A stretch of 64,000 bases of DNA. Origin: Antedon mediterranea. Lineage: Eukaryota; Animalia; Echinodermata. Shown here in pieces: positions 20,901-33,200 of this stretch. The stretch is taken from the NCBI RefSeq assembly GCF_964355755.1, contig NC_092673.1, positions 6,200,001 through 6,264,000 on the forward strand. Direction: 5' to 3'. A program made the position numbers and the translations under genes. Position 1 is the stretch's first letter; each line of letters begins with the position of its first letter. The notes below the pieces were generated by a model. The model saw nothing but the letters and a program-made list of their open reading frames with translations. It ran no database searches and was not told the origin of the DNA.

Positions 20901-23900
20901 CGAATTACGTACGTTTCATCGGCTTTTTTAACGCGTTGTTGCCGCGTAATTTGTGACTTCGACGTATACGATATAAATCACTAAAGAATATGTGTATTCG
21001 GACCGCAAAAAGACGTCGACTTAGACGAATTTCGACTTAGAAAAATTCGACTTAGAAATAAAAATTACATAGTAATGTATAGGAAAGAATTGGGACTTTC
21101 CTAAAAATTCGACTTTCGCGATTTTTCGACTTACGCGAATTCGACTGATAACAAAAACTTGCTTTCAGATCTTACCCTTTGGTGCTAGGTCATATCCCAT
21201 GGCAATATATATTGCACCATGTTTTACAAATTGGTCAGCAATACCCATGTGATTTTCAGGACTGAAAAATAATGAATTTATTTATTTTTATCGCAATTCA
21301 ATATATACACAAATATAGTAGAACCTCCATTTTACGTACGGTACGGGACCGAAAGGCGTACGTAAAACAAGGGATTCGTAAAATCAAGGTTGACCTTAAA
21401 TTCATCCCAAGTACGTAGAGATCATAGCTACTGTATAAGGGCTACCGTGGCAGTACTACTTTACTGTACAGCATGCAGGTGGTCACTAGCTAGGCCTGGC
21501 CAGGCTAGCAAGATGTGAGGCCTAACTAAAAAAGTACAGTATACAGGCTGTGCGATTAAAATATCAATGTTCTTGTATTTTCTATCAATAAAAACAGTCG
21601 CTGCTGTAGGGGAATGCTTGTGTGTAGCTAGCTTGTCTCTCACACAGCAGAATTCCTCACACAGCCATTTTTATTATGCTTTGTTGTTGTTAAATTGCAT
21701 CCTCAATGTAAGAAAAGGATGATGTCATCGGTTATTTTAAGCGTACGTAAAATCCAGGGAACGTAAAATCAGGGTACGTAAAACGAGGTTCTACTGTACT
21801 TCATTATTATTTATTTATAAATTAAATTATAAAGTACTACAAAATTGTTTTAAAATCAATACCAAATTAAAATTTTAAGTAATAAAATGTTTTGCCACAC
21901 CATTTATTTTTTTCAATCCACTGGGTATAGTAATTTGAACTAGTTTGTATTTATTAAAAAAAAAAGTAAGTCAATATAAAAAACGAATAAAAAAGCCTAG
22001 AAAATGCTATAGTTGAATTTAAAATGTTACATATATTTATATATTGAATTTATAATGTTACATAAGGTCCTTGTAAATCCAGAAATAAGTTTTTTTTTTA
22101 CATAGTACATTTTTCATGAGCACAAGTTTGTAAAAAATACTGTGGTATATTTTTGGCAGCAGAAATAGTCATTATAGCTAAAAAAAGTTAACACCATTTT
22201 GAGGCAGATAAGTACAAGCAAAATTTAATTTTAACCAATGAACTCACCAGCCCTCTACCCAATATCCTCCATGAATGAATACAATCACTGGGGCATCTGA
22301 AAATTCAGAAATGACAAAATTAAAAAAACATGTTAAAGCTCAGGTACAGGCATGAATTTTTAATAACATTTTTGGTTAATTGTACATAAATCAAATATTT
22401 GTAACAGAAATCAAGACGAAGAAACATGAATTTCCCTTAATATGGTCAAATACAAAATTTGGCAAAATTCTTCCATAAAAACCAGAAAGATTCTTTTTTC
22501 AGTTGTTAGGTAGTTAACCTAATGTAATAATATGTCTGGTAACTCCCTAGAAGGTGAAAAAAGATGGTGGATATACGGTGGATAATTTTTGCCATAGCAT
22601 GAAAATAAAAATCTGAAGTTGAATAAAAATACCAGAAATGTATTATTAATATTAATCAAGTTATATTACCTATAGTCATCTGATAACATTTTTTACCACA
22701 CTGTTTAGTTTTCATAGCTTTTTAAAATGCCTCTTTATTTACAAAATTTGTGTACAAAAGAATAGAGATTTTACTGTGTAATTTGAACTGATAAGAAAGT
22801 GCTTATTTTCAACACAAATAAAATCCCAAAAATTATGAAACATAGGGGGAAACTATAGATCGATAATTATTGGAATGTATGATCAATAGAAATTTTTTGC
22901 CTGCACCTGGCCATTAAACATACTGTATTAAGGGTGAAAAAACAATATAATAAGCCTCACCGTCGATTTTAAAGCCACTGATATTTTTAAACAATTTTTA
23001 TTTAAAAAAAAAAAAAACTAAAAATTCTGATAAAATTGTAGCATTATGTGTGTACAGCAACAATTTTATTGCATTTACATGATTTTTTTTTTATTTGAAA
23101 ATGTATGTTTAGTGATTCATTCGTTCATGTTTTAAAGGGCAGTGTTTAAAATGGTAGCATATCAATGTTGATGACCTATCAAAATGATAGTACTTTGAAA
23201 AAACGCACAACCTACCCTTTATTATTCAGAGGTGGTTGACTGACGCTTAACAAGTTTATTGGCCTTGAAATTTTGTAAAGTTTAATAGCAGTTTTTTAGC
23301 CATAAACAGCAGTAGTTAATCCTCTCAATGATGATCGTTATAATTAACAATTCAAGGGTCAGAGAAGAACGTAATATTAATGGTCACGTCAGTTTAAATT
23401 TTACTGGTGGTTGTTATAAGTTTTACTGGTCCATATTTCAAACAAGCATGTATTCAAATGTTATCAATTTCATATCATAATCTTAGAAGCGCAAACAATT
23501 AAATTTCTCACCATCATTATGTTCTGGTTGGTACACGATTTCTAATTTCTGAGAATCATAAGGGCCATAAAGAACACTTTCTGTACTGTACTTTTCTTGA
23601 ACCTTCTTTGAACCTAAAAAAAATTATTATATAATATAAGTTGATTTTATTTTAATGAAGCGCCTGTTCTGTGCCAAGATACCAGCAGATGATGATATGA
23701 CTGTGCTTAGTTTATCAGGGTAAACAGCCTGTTTTTTAACCACCTAAAGAAGTGTCAACAAATTACCCTAATTTATTGGTAGCAAAACAGGAGAAATATC
23801 AAAACCAGCCAGTTAAATACATCCAATCTATTTTGTGTTATCCATGTAACCGCCGCTCTGTGCACATTTTCGATATGGTTATTTGATTTAGCTAAAGCTA

Positions 23901-26900
23901 AACTGTAGCATCTTAAATGTCATAGCATGCTGCATTTTTGGTAATGTATTTTGTTACTCTTTTTTCATTGACACCACCCATTGATTTAATTAATTTTTTG
24001 ATAGCAAATAATCATCATACCAGAAATATAGTTGCAATGTGAAAATTATATTTTTTAAACACAATTTTTAAATATTCGGCATTTATGCAGCAGAAATAGG
24101 CCATATGATACTGTGCATGGTACCTTAAGTAATGTATTAATTGGTCTGAGCAGGAATGTCCCCCAAAATATCTAGAGTGTTGATGTCTGAAAGTTAAGGA
24201 TGGGTTATGTGTCTTTGGTACTGTAGGTGTTGAATTTATACTGAGTGGAAAACCTAAAACATGATTTTGGTTGAGTAAAACTCTGTCTACACTATCAAAC
24301 TTTATGTGACAACAAAATATGATTTGCCAAATAGACACGATGTATTTACCAAATTTGAACATATCTCTACCATATTTGGGCACATCACACTTTTTAATCA
24401 AACTAGTTTGTAGACAAAAGGTGTCTAAAGGTCATTACTGCCCACCATAATTACAGTACAGAAAGGAAATAATGCAACTTTACCTACGAAGTAGCTTCGT
24501 AGATAGAACGTAGGCTACGTTGTTGGCTTCGTAGGTTCCATTGTTTGGCTTCGTAACCTCAATAAAAAACTTTCAATGAGCTACGTTCTGAACTTCGTAG
24601 GGAGTTCGTAACCTACTACGATGTTCTTAGTGAAGTAAGGTGTGAAATTAATGTGTTAAATTTAACTGGCGGAGGACAAAGTTGTAAATTAATAAAAAAT
24701 AAATAATATTTTTTAATCGTAATCTTTTCCTTCGTGTGTGTTTAAATTTGCCACGATGTATAATGTAGAGAGAGACACGATTTCAACACAGGTGAACCGC
24801 AACGAACAGGCCAACTAATAAACATAATAAGCGAACGTCCAGTCCCATCCAGAAACGTTGCCGAGAAAAAAAGATCGTAAACAATTCATTCTAAATATAG
24901 CATCAGGACGTTCAATCGGTCTCTCAAAAAGACTGCCGACAGAAGACCGTAATTAATACAGACCTAGTTTTTTTTGGTCACATGGCATGAAACGCGATAC
25001 TCTCTGCTTACTGCAATCTCTCACATGTTTTTTTTTACTCAGTACGAGCATGAGAGGGTGGCTACCGTCTGACGACGATAAAACAGTAATTAAGATCGTG
25101 TACCTGGATTTTGTGTCACATGACATGAAACATAATACTCTCTCTAAACTGCTCAGCTCACATGTTTTTTCCCCTCCAAATTCTGGTCGGGCCTTTTTCT
25201 TTATACATGTCGTAATCATTTTAAAAGGCCTATTATGTGTGTTAAATCTTAATATGGAACATATATTTATTTTGCATATATTTTGTTGGTGTCCTAGCCT
25301 AGGTGTCGTTTTTATAATTCGCTAACCCAACAAGGTAGGAATAAATAATTTATAGTGTAGGCCGCCGAAACAGGCTAGGCCTAGCCTCGACTCTCTCTAC
25401 ATGAGCTGAGGTCCACCGGCCCGATGTCGTTTCGTCGGCGGATTTCCGTCCAAATTAGGATAACCGATGCGTAGGGCGGCTACAAAAATTGACCTACTAT
25501 CTTTAGGTAGGATTTTAATTAGCAAACAATACATTGTTTGTTTGCATTGTCCATGCTTCTACGAAGCACCCTACGATCGAGGCGTAGCCTAGATTTCATA
25601 ACAATACATCGTAGGCTGAGAACAATACATCGTAGGCTACGAACAATACATCGTAGGAGAGAACAATACATCGTAGGCTACAAACAATACATCGTAGGAG
25701 ACCTACGTTCTACCTACGAAAGCCTACGCGTAGATACGAAGCAGTAATTTCTTTCTGTACTGTACATCCTTGAAACAATAAATAGTGTGCTTATATACTG
25801 GTCTTTGCATGGAAATTGATCAAAAGTACGGCTTATATCTGAGGGTGGATGAAACATATGTTAAATTATACAAATGATTTAATTGATATTTAAAAATTGA
25901 GAAAACATAACCCGGTGGCTCCAAAATTGTTGATATAAACCGAAATAATAAATTAGAAAATTACTAAAAGTACCTGTAGTCATAACTTTGAAGTGCACAT
26001 CAGTAACTTCGTTTGGTGGTAGACGTTGAGACCATGCGCTGGGAGTATATGCTTTTTCCAAGTACTGTACAAATTATAACAAACTAAAATATTATGAAAT
26101 AATAATGCTTGAGTATTTATATAGTATTAGTAACAACTTATGCTATAGAGAGCCATTGCTCACTGTTCTGATAGGCCTTCATACTTTAATCTTGAGGCCT
26201 GGCAATGATAGTCACGAAACTAAGCTGGCAATGGATTTTTGTAGGGTGCTGAGTATATTAAAAAATATTAGTATTTTTTGGATGATGTACAGTATTGAAA
26301 ATATTTGTTCTAATTTTAAAGGAATCTTAAGGTACAGTACTTATTATTGTTCTTGGCTTAACTGAAAGAAATTCCTACCTAAATCACTACACAGGGAGAC
26401 AATCCCCTATACTTTTCAAATAGTATAAGTACTTTAACATGCACTTCATGTAAAGTACCGTACACAGGACGAGGGAATTACAGTAAAGGCTAAGTCAAAC
26501 AGCATTGTACAACGAGGCCCAATAAAAGTCTTGACTCGTCGGTGCTGTCTGAGTTGAATCCCGACGAGACGTCGTGGGAAAGCGTCGGCCGAAGTTTTTA
26601 GGTTTCCACGAGAACTTTAAACATTTCTCAAGACAGGATAAAATCAATATGGTATACTATAAAAACAGACTTGAAACCATGCCTATCACATGCTATCTAG
26701 GTCTAGTCCATTTAATTACTATCCATTACATCATCCCACGCTGATGTTGTCTTCTATTTTGTGATCTGACGAGAACTATATTTTGCAACGATGTTAGTAC
26801 TAACTAACTACTAGCCTACTAGGCCCTACTTACTAGATCCTAGTTAGTAGTAGGTGGGCCTAGGTTTCTCTAGTAGGCCTAGCCTAGTTAGTTTACTACA

Positions 26901-27907
26901 GTCACTAGCCTAGGCCCAGTCTGTCCAGTACAGGTGCGGCCTAAATAAAAAGCTAAGTCTAAAGATAGGCCTACCTCATATAGAATAGAGTAGGTTTAAT
27001 ATTTTTATTTGTTAAATTAATAAAATAAAATAGGCCAGAAGGCCTAGTTGTTTTAATAGTTATATTTCATAGCCAAATATTAATAATACTACTATACTAC
27101 TAGAATAGAGTAGGTTTAATATTTTTATTTGTTAAATTAATAAAATAAAATAGGCCAGAAGGCCTAGTTGTTTTAATAGTTATATTTCATAGCCAAATAT
27201 TAATAATACTACTATACTACTAGGCCTACTGTACTTCATTTGGGCTATGCACTTTCGCACCACATTCTTTCTAGCCTACCCAATTCAAAAACATTCACCC
27301 GCTCTGCACGACAACGGTTGCGGGATGATTCGGCCCACTTACATTTCTCGGCTTTGATATGCATTTTATAAGCATAAATAAAGCTTTTCCCCAAACTTTA
27401 TTTTCAGAGAGACTAGGCCTATGGGGTAGTACTACTAGGGATAAAGATGCAATAAAGCAAACATTTTGAAAACATTGTCGAAAATGATCATTTTTTAGTC
27501 ACGCGATCGAACGATATAAACAAGTTACGCCCTCTGTTGGCCGCTTGGCGAATTGCACCAAGTTTTCAAAGTAATAAATAAATTGAATATAAAATTACGT
27601 TTTTTAGTAATTTATTTTATATATTATATCAACATTGTCAATATCAATAAAATACAGATTGTTAAACACCTTTAAAAACTTGATAAATTAAATACCACAA
27701 AAAAAATGAATATGAATTTGGTTTAAAGTGGGCCGAATCGTCCCGGATTCCTCTGCTGCACACACGACACGTCACGGCGGCGGACGAAGTCTTACTCTAA
27801 CTATTCTTAGGCATTAAGTCGTATTTAAGGTGCGAAACTGCATTATCGCCATTCAGCAAAGTTACTAACTGGTTATTTAAAAAATAAATACTCACATTAC
27901 TTGTCAT
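14888..27907 (-). CDS. AFMID: Kynurenine formamidase (arylformamidase), 11 coding exons, 873 nt / 290 aa
   Basis: join(complement): 27896-27907, 25974-26064, 23512-23613, 22248-22296, 21176-21261, 19863-19935, 18222-18325, 16871-16949, 15921-16059, 15532-15636, 14888-14920. All introns are GT-AG with consistent phases. Motifs are LEKAYTPSAWS, FIHGGYW, GYDLAP, GHSAGGHL, SGLYDL.PL, VGEMESPEF..QS and DHF. The 12-nt first exon (MTSN) is the least certain part. Confidence 0.92.
15532..15636 (-). CDS. AFMID: AFMID exon 10 (contains catalytic His, DHFNLIE)
   Basis: SCKAVGVNTEYRVVPHVDHFNLIENLMKNDYILTQ, with AG/GTAAG boundaries. Confidence 0.9.
15921..16059 (-). CDS. AFMID: AFMID exon 9
   Basis: DIAKQESPMTHV...VVVGEMESPEFKQQSSDYAR. 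Confidence 0.9.
16306..16380 (-). ncRNA. tRNA-like Pol III unit or pseudo-tRNA
   Basis: Reverse strand reads AGCCCCAGTGGTCTAAGTGTTAGG...GGTTCGAATCTCGGTTGGGGTGA, with A-box, B-box and an acceptor-like stem, followed by TTTTT. The anticodon arm is non-canonical. Confidence 0.5.
16871..16949 (-). CDS. AFMID: AFMID exon 8
   Basis: GAVLMSGLYDLQPLLQMSVNNDVHMTE. Confidence 0.92.
17136..18028. repeat. 26-bp minisatellite (TTTTCACAATAGTCTAGGAGGTTATG)n, about 2 + 20 copies, split by a ~280-bp duplicated segment
   Basis: Period 26 is directly visible at 17480-18028. Two copies lie at 17136-17190. Confidence 0.97.
17193..17472 (+). repeat. Local duplication of 16058-16325
   Basis: CTCTATACAACATTTATTTTAAATCTC...CACCCCAACCGAGATTCGAA is near-identical in both places. 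Confidence 0.92.
18222..18325 (-). CDS. AFMID: AFMID exon 7 (nucleophile GHSAG)
   Basis: GIYITGHSAGGHLAARILEVDW. Confidence 0.95.
18750..19626. mobile_element. Non-autonomous TIR element with apparent 5-bp TSD
   Basis: GGAAT|CTACGCTCACGTTAG ... TTAGCGTTAGCGTAG|GGAAT, with subterminal TTCGCAAA/TTTGCGAA repeats. Confidence 0.6.
19863..19935 (-). CDS. AFMID: AFMID exon 6
   Basis: VSMPEIVNQCKAAFAFILNKFPKSR. Confidence 0.88.
20392..21147. mobile_element. Tc1/mariner (pogo/Tigger-like) MITE
   Basis: TA|CAGTCGACTCCGCCTAAGTCGAA ... TTCGACTTACGCGAATTCGACTG, with many subterminal TTCGACTTA repeats. Confidence 0.8.
21176..21261 (-). CDS. AFMID: AFMID exon 5
   Basis: PENHMGIADQFVKHGAIYIAMGYDLAPK. Confidence 0.93.
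21316..21796. mobile_element. Tc1/mariner (pogo/Tigger-like) MITE
   Basis: TA|TAGTAGAACCTC...TTTTACGTAC ... GTACGTAAAACGAGGTTCTACTG|TA. Confidence 0.8.
22248..22296 (-). CDS. AFMID: AFMID exon 4 (HGGYW oxyanion motif)
   Basis: APVIVFIHGGYWVEG. Confidence 0.95.
23512..23613 (-). CDS. AFMID: AFMID exon 3
   Basis: GSKKVQEKYSTESVLYGPYDSQKLEIVYQP. Confidence 0.88.
24279..24415. mobile_element. Small Harbinger-like MITE family member (partial)
   Basis: CTCTGTCTACACTATCAAACTTT...CACATCACACTTTTT...GTAGACA. Same family as 28633-28898. Confidence 0.65.
24454..25762. mobile_element. 1.3-kb non-autonomous TIR element with TA TSD and dense CTACG/CGTAG subterminal repeats (EnSpm-like or Tc1-like; unresolved)
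   Basis: TA|CAGTACAGAAAGGAAATAATGC ... GCAGTAATTTCTTTCTGTACTG|TA. Contains a 21-bp tandem ACAATACATCGTAGG... x4 at ~25601-25700. Confidence 0.8.
25974..26064 (-). CDS. AFMID: AFMID exon 2
   Basis: YLEKAYTPSAWSQRLPPNEVTDVH, the conserved N-terminal LE.QYSPS.W-type motif. Confidence 0.9.
26981..27223. repeat. Exact 120-bp tandem duplication
   Basis: TAGAATAGAGTAGGTTTAAT... recurs at 26981 and 27101. Confidence 0.95.
27321..27745. mobile_element. MITE-like element with ~20-bp TIRs
   Basis: CGGGATGATTCGGCCCACTT ... AAGTGGGCCGAATCGTCCCG. Confidence 0.65.
27896..27907 (-). CDS. AFMID: AFMID exon 1, coding part (MTSN)
   Basis: CAAGA-ATG ACA AGT AAT|GTGAGT, phase 0 matching exon 2, next to a GC-richer promoter-like region. 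Confidence 0.6.
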
Positions 27908-27929
27908 TCTTGAACACACAGCGAATCAA

Positions 27930-28130
27930 CACGTGGTGTGTGGTGGATGGGGTGGTGGGTGGGTGTTTGATGAATAGAGTGTGGTGGTGGTGGTGACGCG
28001 AGCTAGCTGCTGCTGAGCTGCTGTGTGGGCACACACGTCACTCTCTGATGCGGTAATAAAAAAAAGGACGAATGGTGGCGTCACATAACTACCGTCCAAT
28101 CAGGATCGCCACCTTTTCAAGGTTGGAACT
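27930..28130 (-). promoter_or_regulatory. Putative AFMID promoter/5' UTR
   Basis: Locally GC/CpG-richer, with CCAAT at ~28096, TGACGC half-CRE motifs (~27993, ~28078) and a CACGTG E-box (~27930). Confidence 0.4.
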
Positions 28131-28632
28131 CATCACTTTTGATGGGATATAATAAGTATTCAAATTCAAATCACAGTTCATATATCAAACTAAATATACT
28201 AAATTCATTCAGCAAAATTTTTGTCTTTTTTACAATTTTTTCTTAGATTACTTGTTTACGTTTTTCTGTCGACGTAAGGTATAATTATAACTTACTGAAG
28301 CTTATAAAATCACATGAAAACAAAACGTCACATACACACATTTTTGATATTGTTTATTGGTGTTTTTGCTTGTATAAAATTATGTCGCAAAGCTGAGTGG
28401 GTTGTTACTTACTTTTCACTGTTGTTTAGAATTTAAATTTTAAACAAGATCACAGAATGAAAGATTAAAAGACTATGACAAACATTCAGCAAAATAATAA
28501 TTATGCTACTACAGTAAAAACATGTTAGCCATATTAAACAAATTAATTGGCCAACTATTAGTAATATAATATCACCTCCTCTATAGTTGAATATGTCTGG
28601 TTTGACATACAGTATAAAAATAAGTGTTATAA

Positions 28633-28898
28633 AGCTCTATCTACACTATCAAACTTGTTTGACAAAAAAGTGCCCATATAATAGCACATTGTAAATAAGT
28701 GCCCCAATTCAACTCTTTTGTTGCCTTGCCACTTATATTTTAGATATTGTACTTATGTTTTTTTATTGAAATAAAGATAATGATATATAAAATATGGTGG
28801 TGATATGCCCACATAATGGTACTGATATGATATCACCGTGTCCATATGGGCACATAACATTTTCTTGTCACATAAGGTTTGATAGTGTAGACAGAGCT
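28633..28898. mobile_element. Harbinger-like MITE (full copy)
   Basis: TAA|AGCTCTATCTACACTATCAAAC ... GTTTGATAGTGTAGACAGAGCT|TTA. Confidence 0.8.
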
Positions 28899-29908
28899 TT
28901 ATACAAAATACATCGCAAGTGACAGTTTGTCAGTAGAACACTAGTTTGTACTTTTACATATTACATATTAACAGTCAAAAAACGTTTGGAGTACGTATTT
29001 ATATTATTATATCTTTCAATAGGACTACATTGATGATGATTACTGCCTTTCCGCTGAAAAGTCTGCCCTCATTTCCGCTTGGGCTGCTCCGTAAATATCT
29101 TTTACCAGTTTCTTCTAGTCTGATACATTGAATTGGCAGTTAATAGGACTTAAAAATTAATAGGTGATGTTTCACTTATAAGCTACTGTTTTATGGACAA
29201 AATAAATAGAAACACACAGGCCTACAGAAGTCTGATCAGCCTGGATAGTCGCAGTGTACTAGTAGTGGAGGAACACATGTATTACAATAGGTGCCTTATT
29301 TTTTATATTCATTTGTACACTATATACACATGTATCAGTATGCAAATGTTGAATTTGCATAATGATGAATACTTCTTTCTACACCATTTGAAACGTGTTA
29401 TCAGAAACAATATGTGCCATCTAAGAACACCTTCATTTTTTACAGTTACAAAAACAATAAATTGGTTTAATATTAATATTAAATAAGTGGTTCAAAATGT
29501 AAATTTAAAGTCAATATAATAAATCATAACATTGTTTTATCCTTGCAAGAATATAGACTTTTATTTTGGTTGTAATTTAAAAACTAAATCAAATCAATCA
29601 AATATATATATTTATCATAATTGTAATCATCATAGTCTATGAAAACAAAAATGAATGATCTGAAGACATGGCACATGTTCAACAAATGAGATTTAATTAT
29701 ACAAATTTCAGTCTTTCTTGGAAATACATGTAATGGTGGTGTACAATCTGTTTTTTGAAAGAATAATGTAGAACATACAACAGGGCAGCACTTAAAATAT
29801 CATTGTTCCTTTCAAGTTTAAGACTGTATATTACATCAAAATATTTGAGAACTGTTTTATCAAAATATGGATATACCTAAAAGAGAAGTGAAGTGAATAA
29901 ATAATTAA

Positions 29909-30237
29909 AATGTATTGTCCCCCAAAAACATGAAAAATGAAGATTAATTAAATCAGACTTTGAATAGGTTATTTTTTTAATAGTTTTAATCATGTTAATC
30001 ACTTGCCTAGAAAAAAAAAACGAAAAAAAATCATGTTTTCACTTATAAAATGACAAAATAAATGGTTAAATTCAACCAAAAATCCATTGGCTAGCAGCCA
30101 ATTTTACTATTTTTTGCTTTAAATTACAGTTTTTGAAGATTTTTGGTCAAAGTGGATAACTATTATATGATATTAAAATGGCATATTCAACAAAAAAAAA
30201 ATGTAAAAAAATATTTTTTCAGGGGGACAATACATCT
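29909..30237. mobile_element. Kolobok-like MITE (TTAA TSD)
   Basis: TTAA|AATGTATTGTCCCCC ... GGGGGACAATACATCT|TTAA. Confidence 0.7.
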
Positions 30238-33200
30238 TTAAATAACATGGCAAAAAAGTGTTAATATATAGATACAGACAATATGTTACCTCAACTTTGT
30301 TGAAAAGAATTTTTTTTTCTGCGCTATGAATAGATCAAGTTATTATAATTTACAAAATATTAATAATACTAAAGCAGGTTCTACTTAGTAACAAAAAAAA
30401 CATCTTAATATTAGAATGAAGTTTAACAGTACACAGTAGTTAAATGATACATTGTGGAATAACTTTCAATCTTTAAAGAGTTATTTTAATCTAAATTTAC
30501 ACTGTTATACCACATAAGACACTTCACCTAAGGGTGTGAAAAAAACCAGCTCGTTTACATTGCTTTATGGCATAATTAAAATGGACATGTGGGATTTAAC
30601 TGTTAACCTGTATTCAAATGGTAATTATATACCCACATGCTCATTTGCATAACTGGGATGTGTTACAAATGAATAGAAGTAAAGGTCCTAATAATAAATA
30701 ATTATATCACTAAAGGGCATGTGCAAAATGAAAGTATCTCATTTATTAAAATTAGAGCTGAAAGTCAGAGCCAAAGTCACTTTATGTCAATGCACATCAA
30801 AGGCAACACTTAAAATTTATGCCAGCTACATAAACAGCGCCACCAATTTAAGACCATAACAGTTTAAAACAATGAACAAAATATAATTGGAAAATGAGAG
30901 AATATGTTACATAATACTAGCAATAGAAAAAATAGCATTTTTGTACTCCTGTGAACATGTATATCAAATTATCAGACAAAAGTTCTGTAATTCCACAAAG
31001 TTACTTCATCAAAGATAATTATTATTAATGCAGTAAATGTTAACCTTTGACCAGGTGGTCAACTTAAATTGGTCAAGATCATGGTGATCGTGATAACTAG
31101 TTGATATGTTAGTAAATACATTATAATTTCAGAAAATGCTGTGAAAACTGTGGAATTATGTGTGGGAGGAGGCAACGTGGGTACACACCAAAGGTATTCT
31201 TCTATTTGATTGGTTGATTTCATATCACATGCTTCTAATTCAACTGTTAAAGTTACTAATGGTCAGGCTTTTGACATTTTTTGTAGAATTTTGAGTATGA
31301 TAGGATGCTGAAATGCACAGCCCCCTGGAAGTAACTAGCATTTGTGCAACCAGTAAATTCCAGAAAAAAATTCAAGCCAAATTTTATCTTGTTTTAGTGT
31401 ATTAACTTAGATAACCTAAAATAAGTTCTTTGTGCATTCGCATTAATAATACTGTCTTAAAAAATCTATATCTTAAAGCTTTTTGGTGGATTTTATACGA
31501 AAAAGATAAAACCTGGTTACAAGTTGTAACAATTTATAGAGATGTGAAAATACGCCTATAAGACACCGTGTAATACTTATTCCAGATCATTTATTACTTT
31601 TGGTCATTAAAAAACATAGAGATGTATGCAAGATATTGAGGTTGTAAAATCAATCTACTGAAAGAATAGAGAAACCTCAAATATACATGATTTGATGCAA
31701 TAGTAAATATGTATAGGCTACCATACAATGATTATAATAACAACTTACAAGTTATTATAAACATAATCCATTACAACCACAATGATAAAAACCTTCCTCT
31801 CCCATCCTCTGAAAGCAGGTATGCTTGAATATGAATTACAAAATACTGTAGAACAACTAAAATAAAACAATTAAAAGGGCACTTTGGAGACCCAACAAAG
31901 TTGGGGTTGGCTATAGTGTTAGAAAACGGATTCTCCATGTTTGCTTGAATGTGTCACCCAATCGATATGCGGGTAGCGGCATGAACACAAAACAGCGGCG
32001 TCGGTCACCATGTGGTATTATATCAATACAGTAACAAAAAACCATATCTAATACTAACATTTTAAACCCAAAGCTGTCCTCGTATTGTAAACTATTTACT
32101 TCAGAAAATAAATTCATAAAATGATCTTATACACATCCTGTCCATTTTCAATTTAAACTAACAATTGAAAGCGCTTAAATTTATAACTTGATTAAATTCA
32201 ATTAAATTATTTATTTTATTTACAACATTTTACATAAAAAAATTAACATCAATATTGATAGCAATACAAATATGGTTTAAGAGAATTCACTATTGGTGCA
32301 CCTTTCAAAATCAATACATAATTAATAACGATTTCCGCAAACGAAAAACTAGTTAATTTCTAAGTAGCAAAACATATAATTTAAAATATAGCAGAGTAAC
32401 AAATAATAATGTGAAAATAAATAAATACTGTATTAAAAAAAATGTAATACGATAAGATAATAATAATACAATTGTTTATGTTTTATGTTCTCTAACAAAA
32501 TCGCTATAAAAAAACATATTTTAAGTATAATGAAAAGGCCATGTTTCTGAACATAATTGTATTATATCTCAGGAACATAAAAGGGTCAACATAGGCTGAG
32601 ATGCGTAACCGAACCAAAATTAAATACCAAGTATACCTAATTTGCATTTTTTGTACACCTGCGTTAGTGGAGCAACTTGCATTTAGAAACAACAATTTTA
32701 AAAAAAATTTTAGAAAAGAAAAACGATTTATTTCAATTTTTTTTATCGATAAAGTAAGAGTGTATCTTTCTTTTTAATTTCATAATTTACTACATTGAAA
32801 TATGGTTTTAGAGACAATCAATTTGTTTGTCCTTTTATTATTGCTCTTAAATTATGATCATAATTATCAATTGTACTTTCAAATATTGTCAGTAAAAAAA
32901 ATAGTGTAATAAATATCAATCAATATTACATTGGATAAAGTACATTGCTCTTGCATATCATCTATATATAAATTTACGTAAGGGCAAAATTCGGTAAATC
33001 TCGGTTTATTTCTAGAATTTTTACTCGATGGTATATAAAGTTGGTTCATACTTTCGGTACTGATTTTAACCATCTGATGTAACCCTGTTTACTAATTAAA
33101 TTGAGTTAGGTAATTAGTTATTGACGATTAAAACGAATTTAGGTTCAACGATTTGCCCCAAATAGGGGTGTTTTCCGATCGTGGTATACACCGTCTAATG

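Noticed and set aside
27340-27365. Alternative AFMID first exon (ATGCATATCAAAGCCGAGAAAT|GTAAGT)
   Set aside because: Its phase-1 donor is incompatible with phase-0 exon 2, and it overlaps a MITE terminus.
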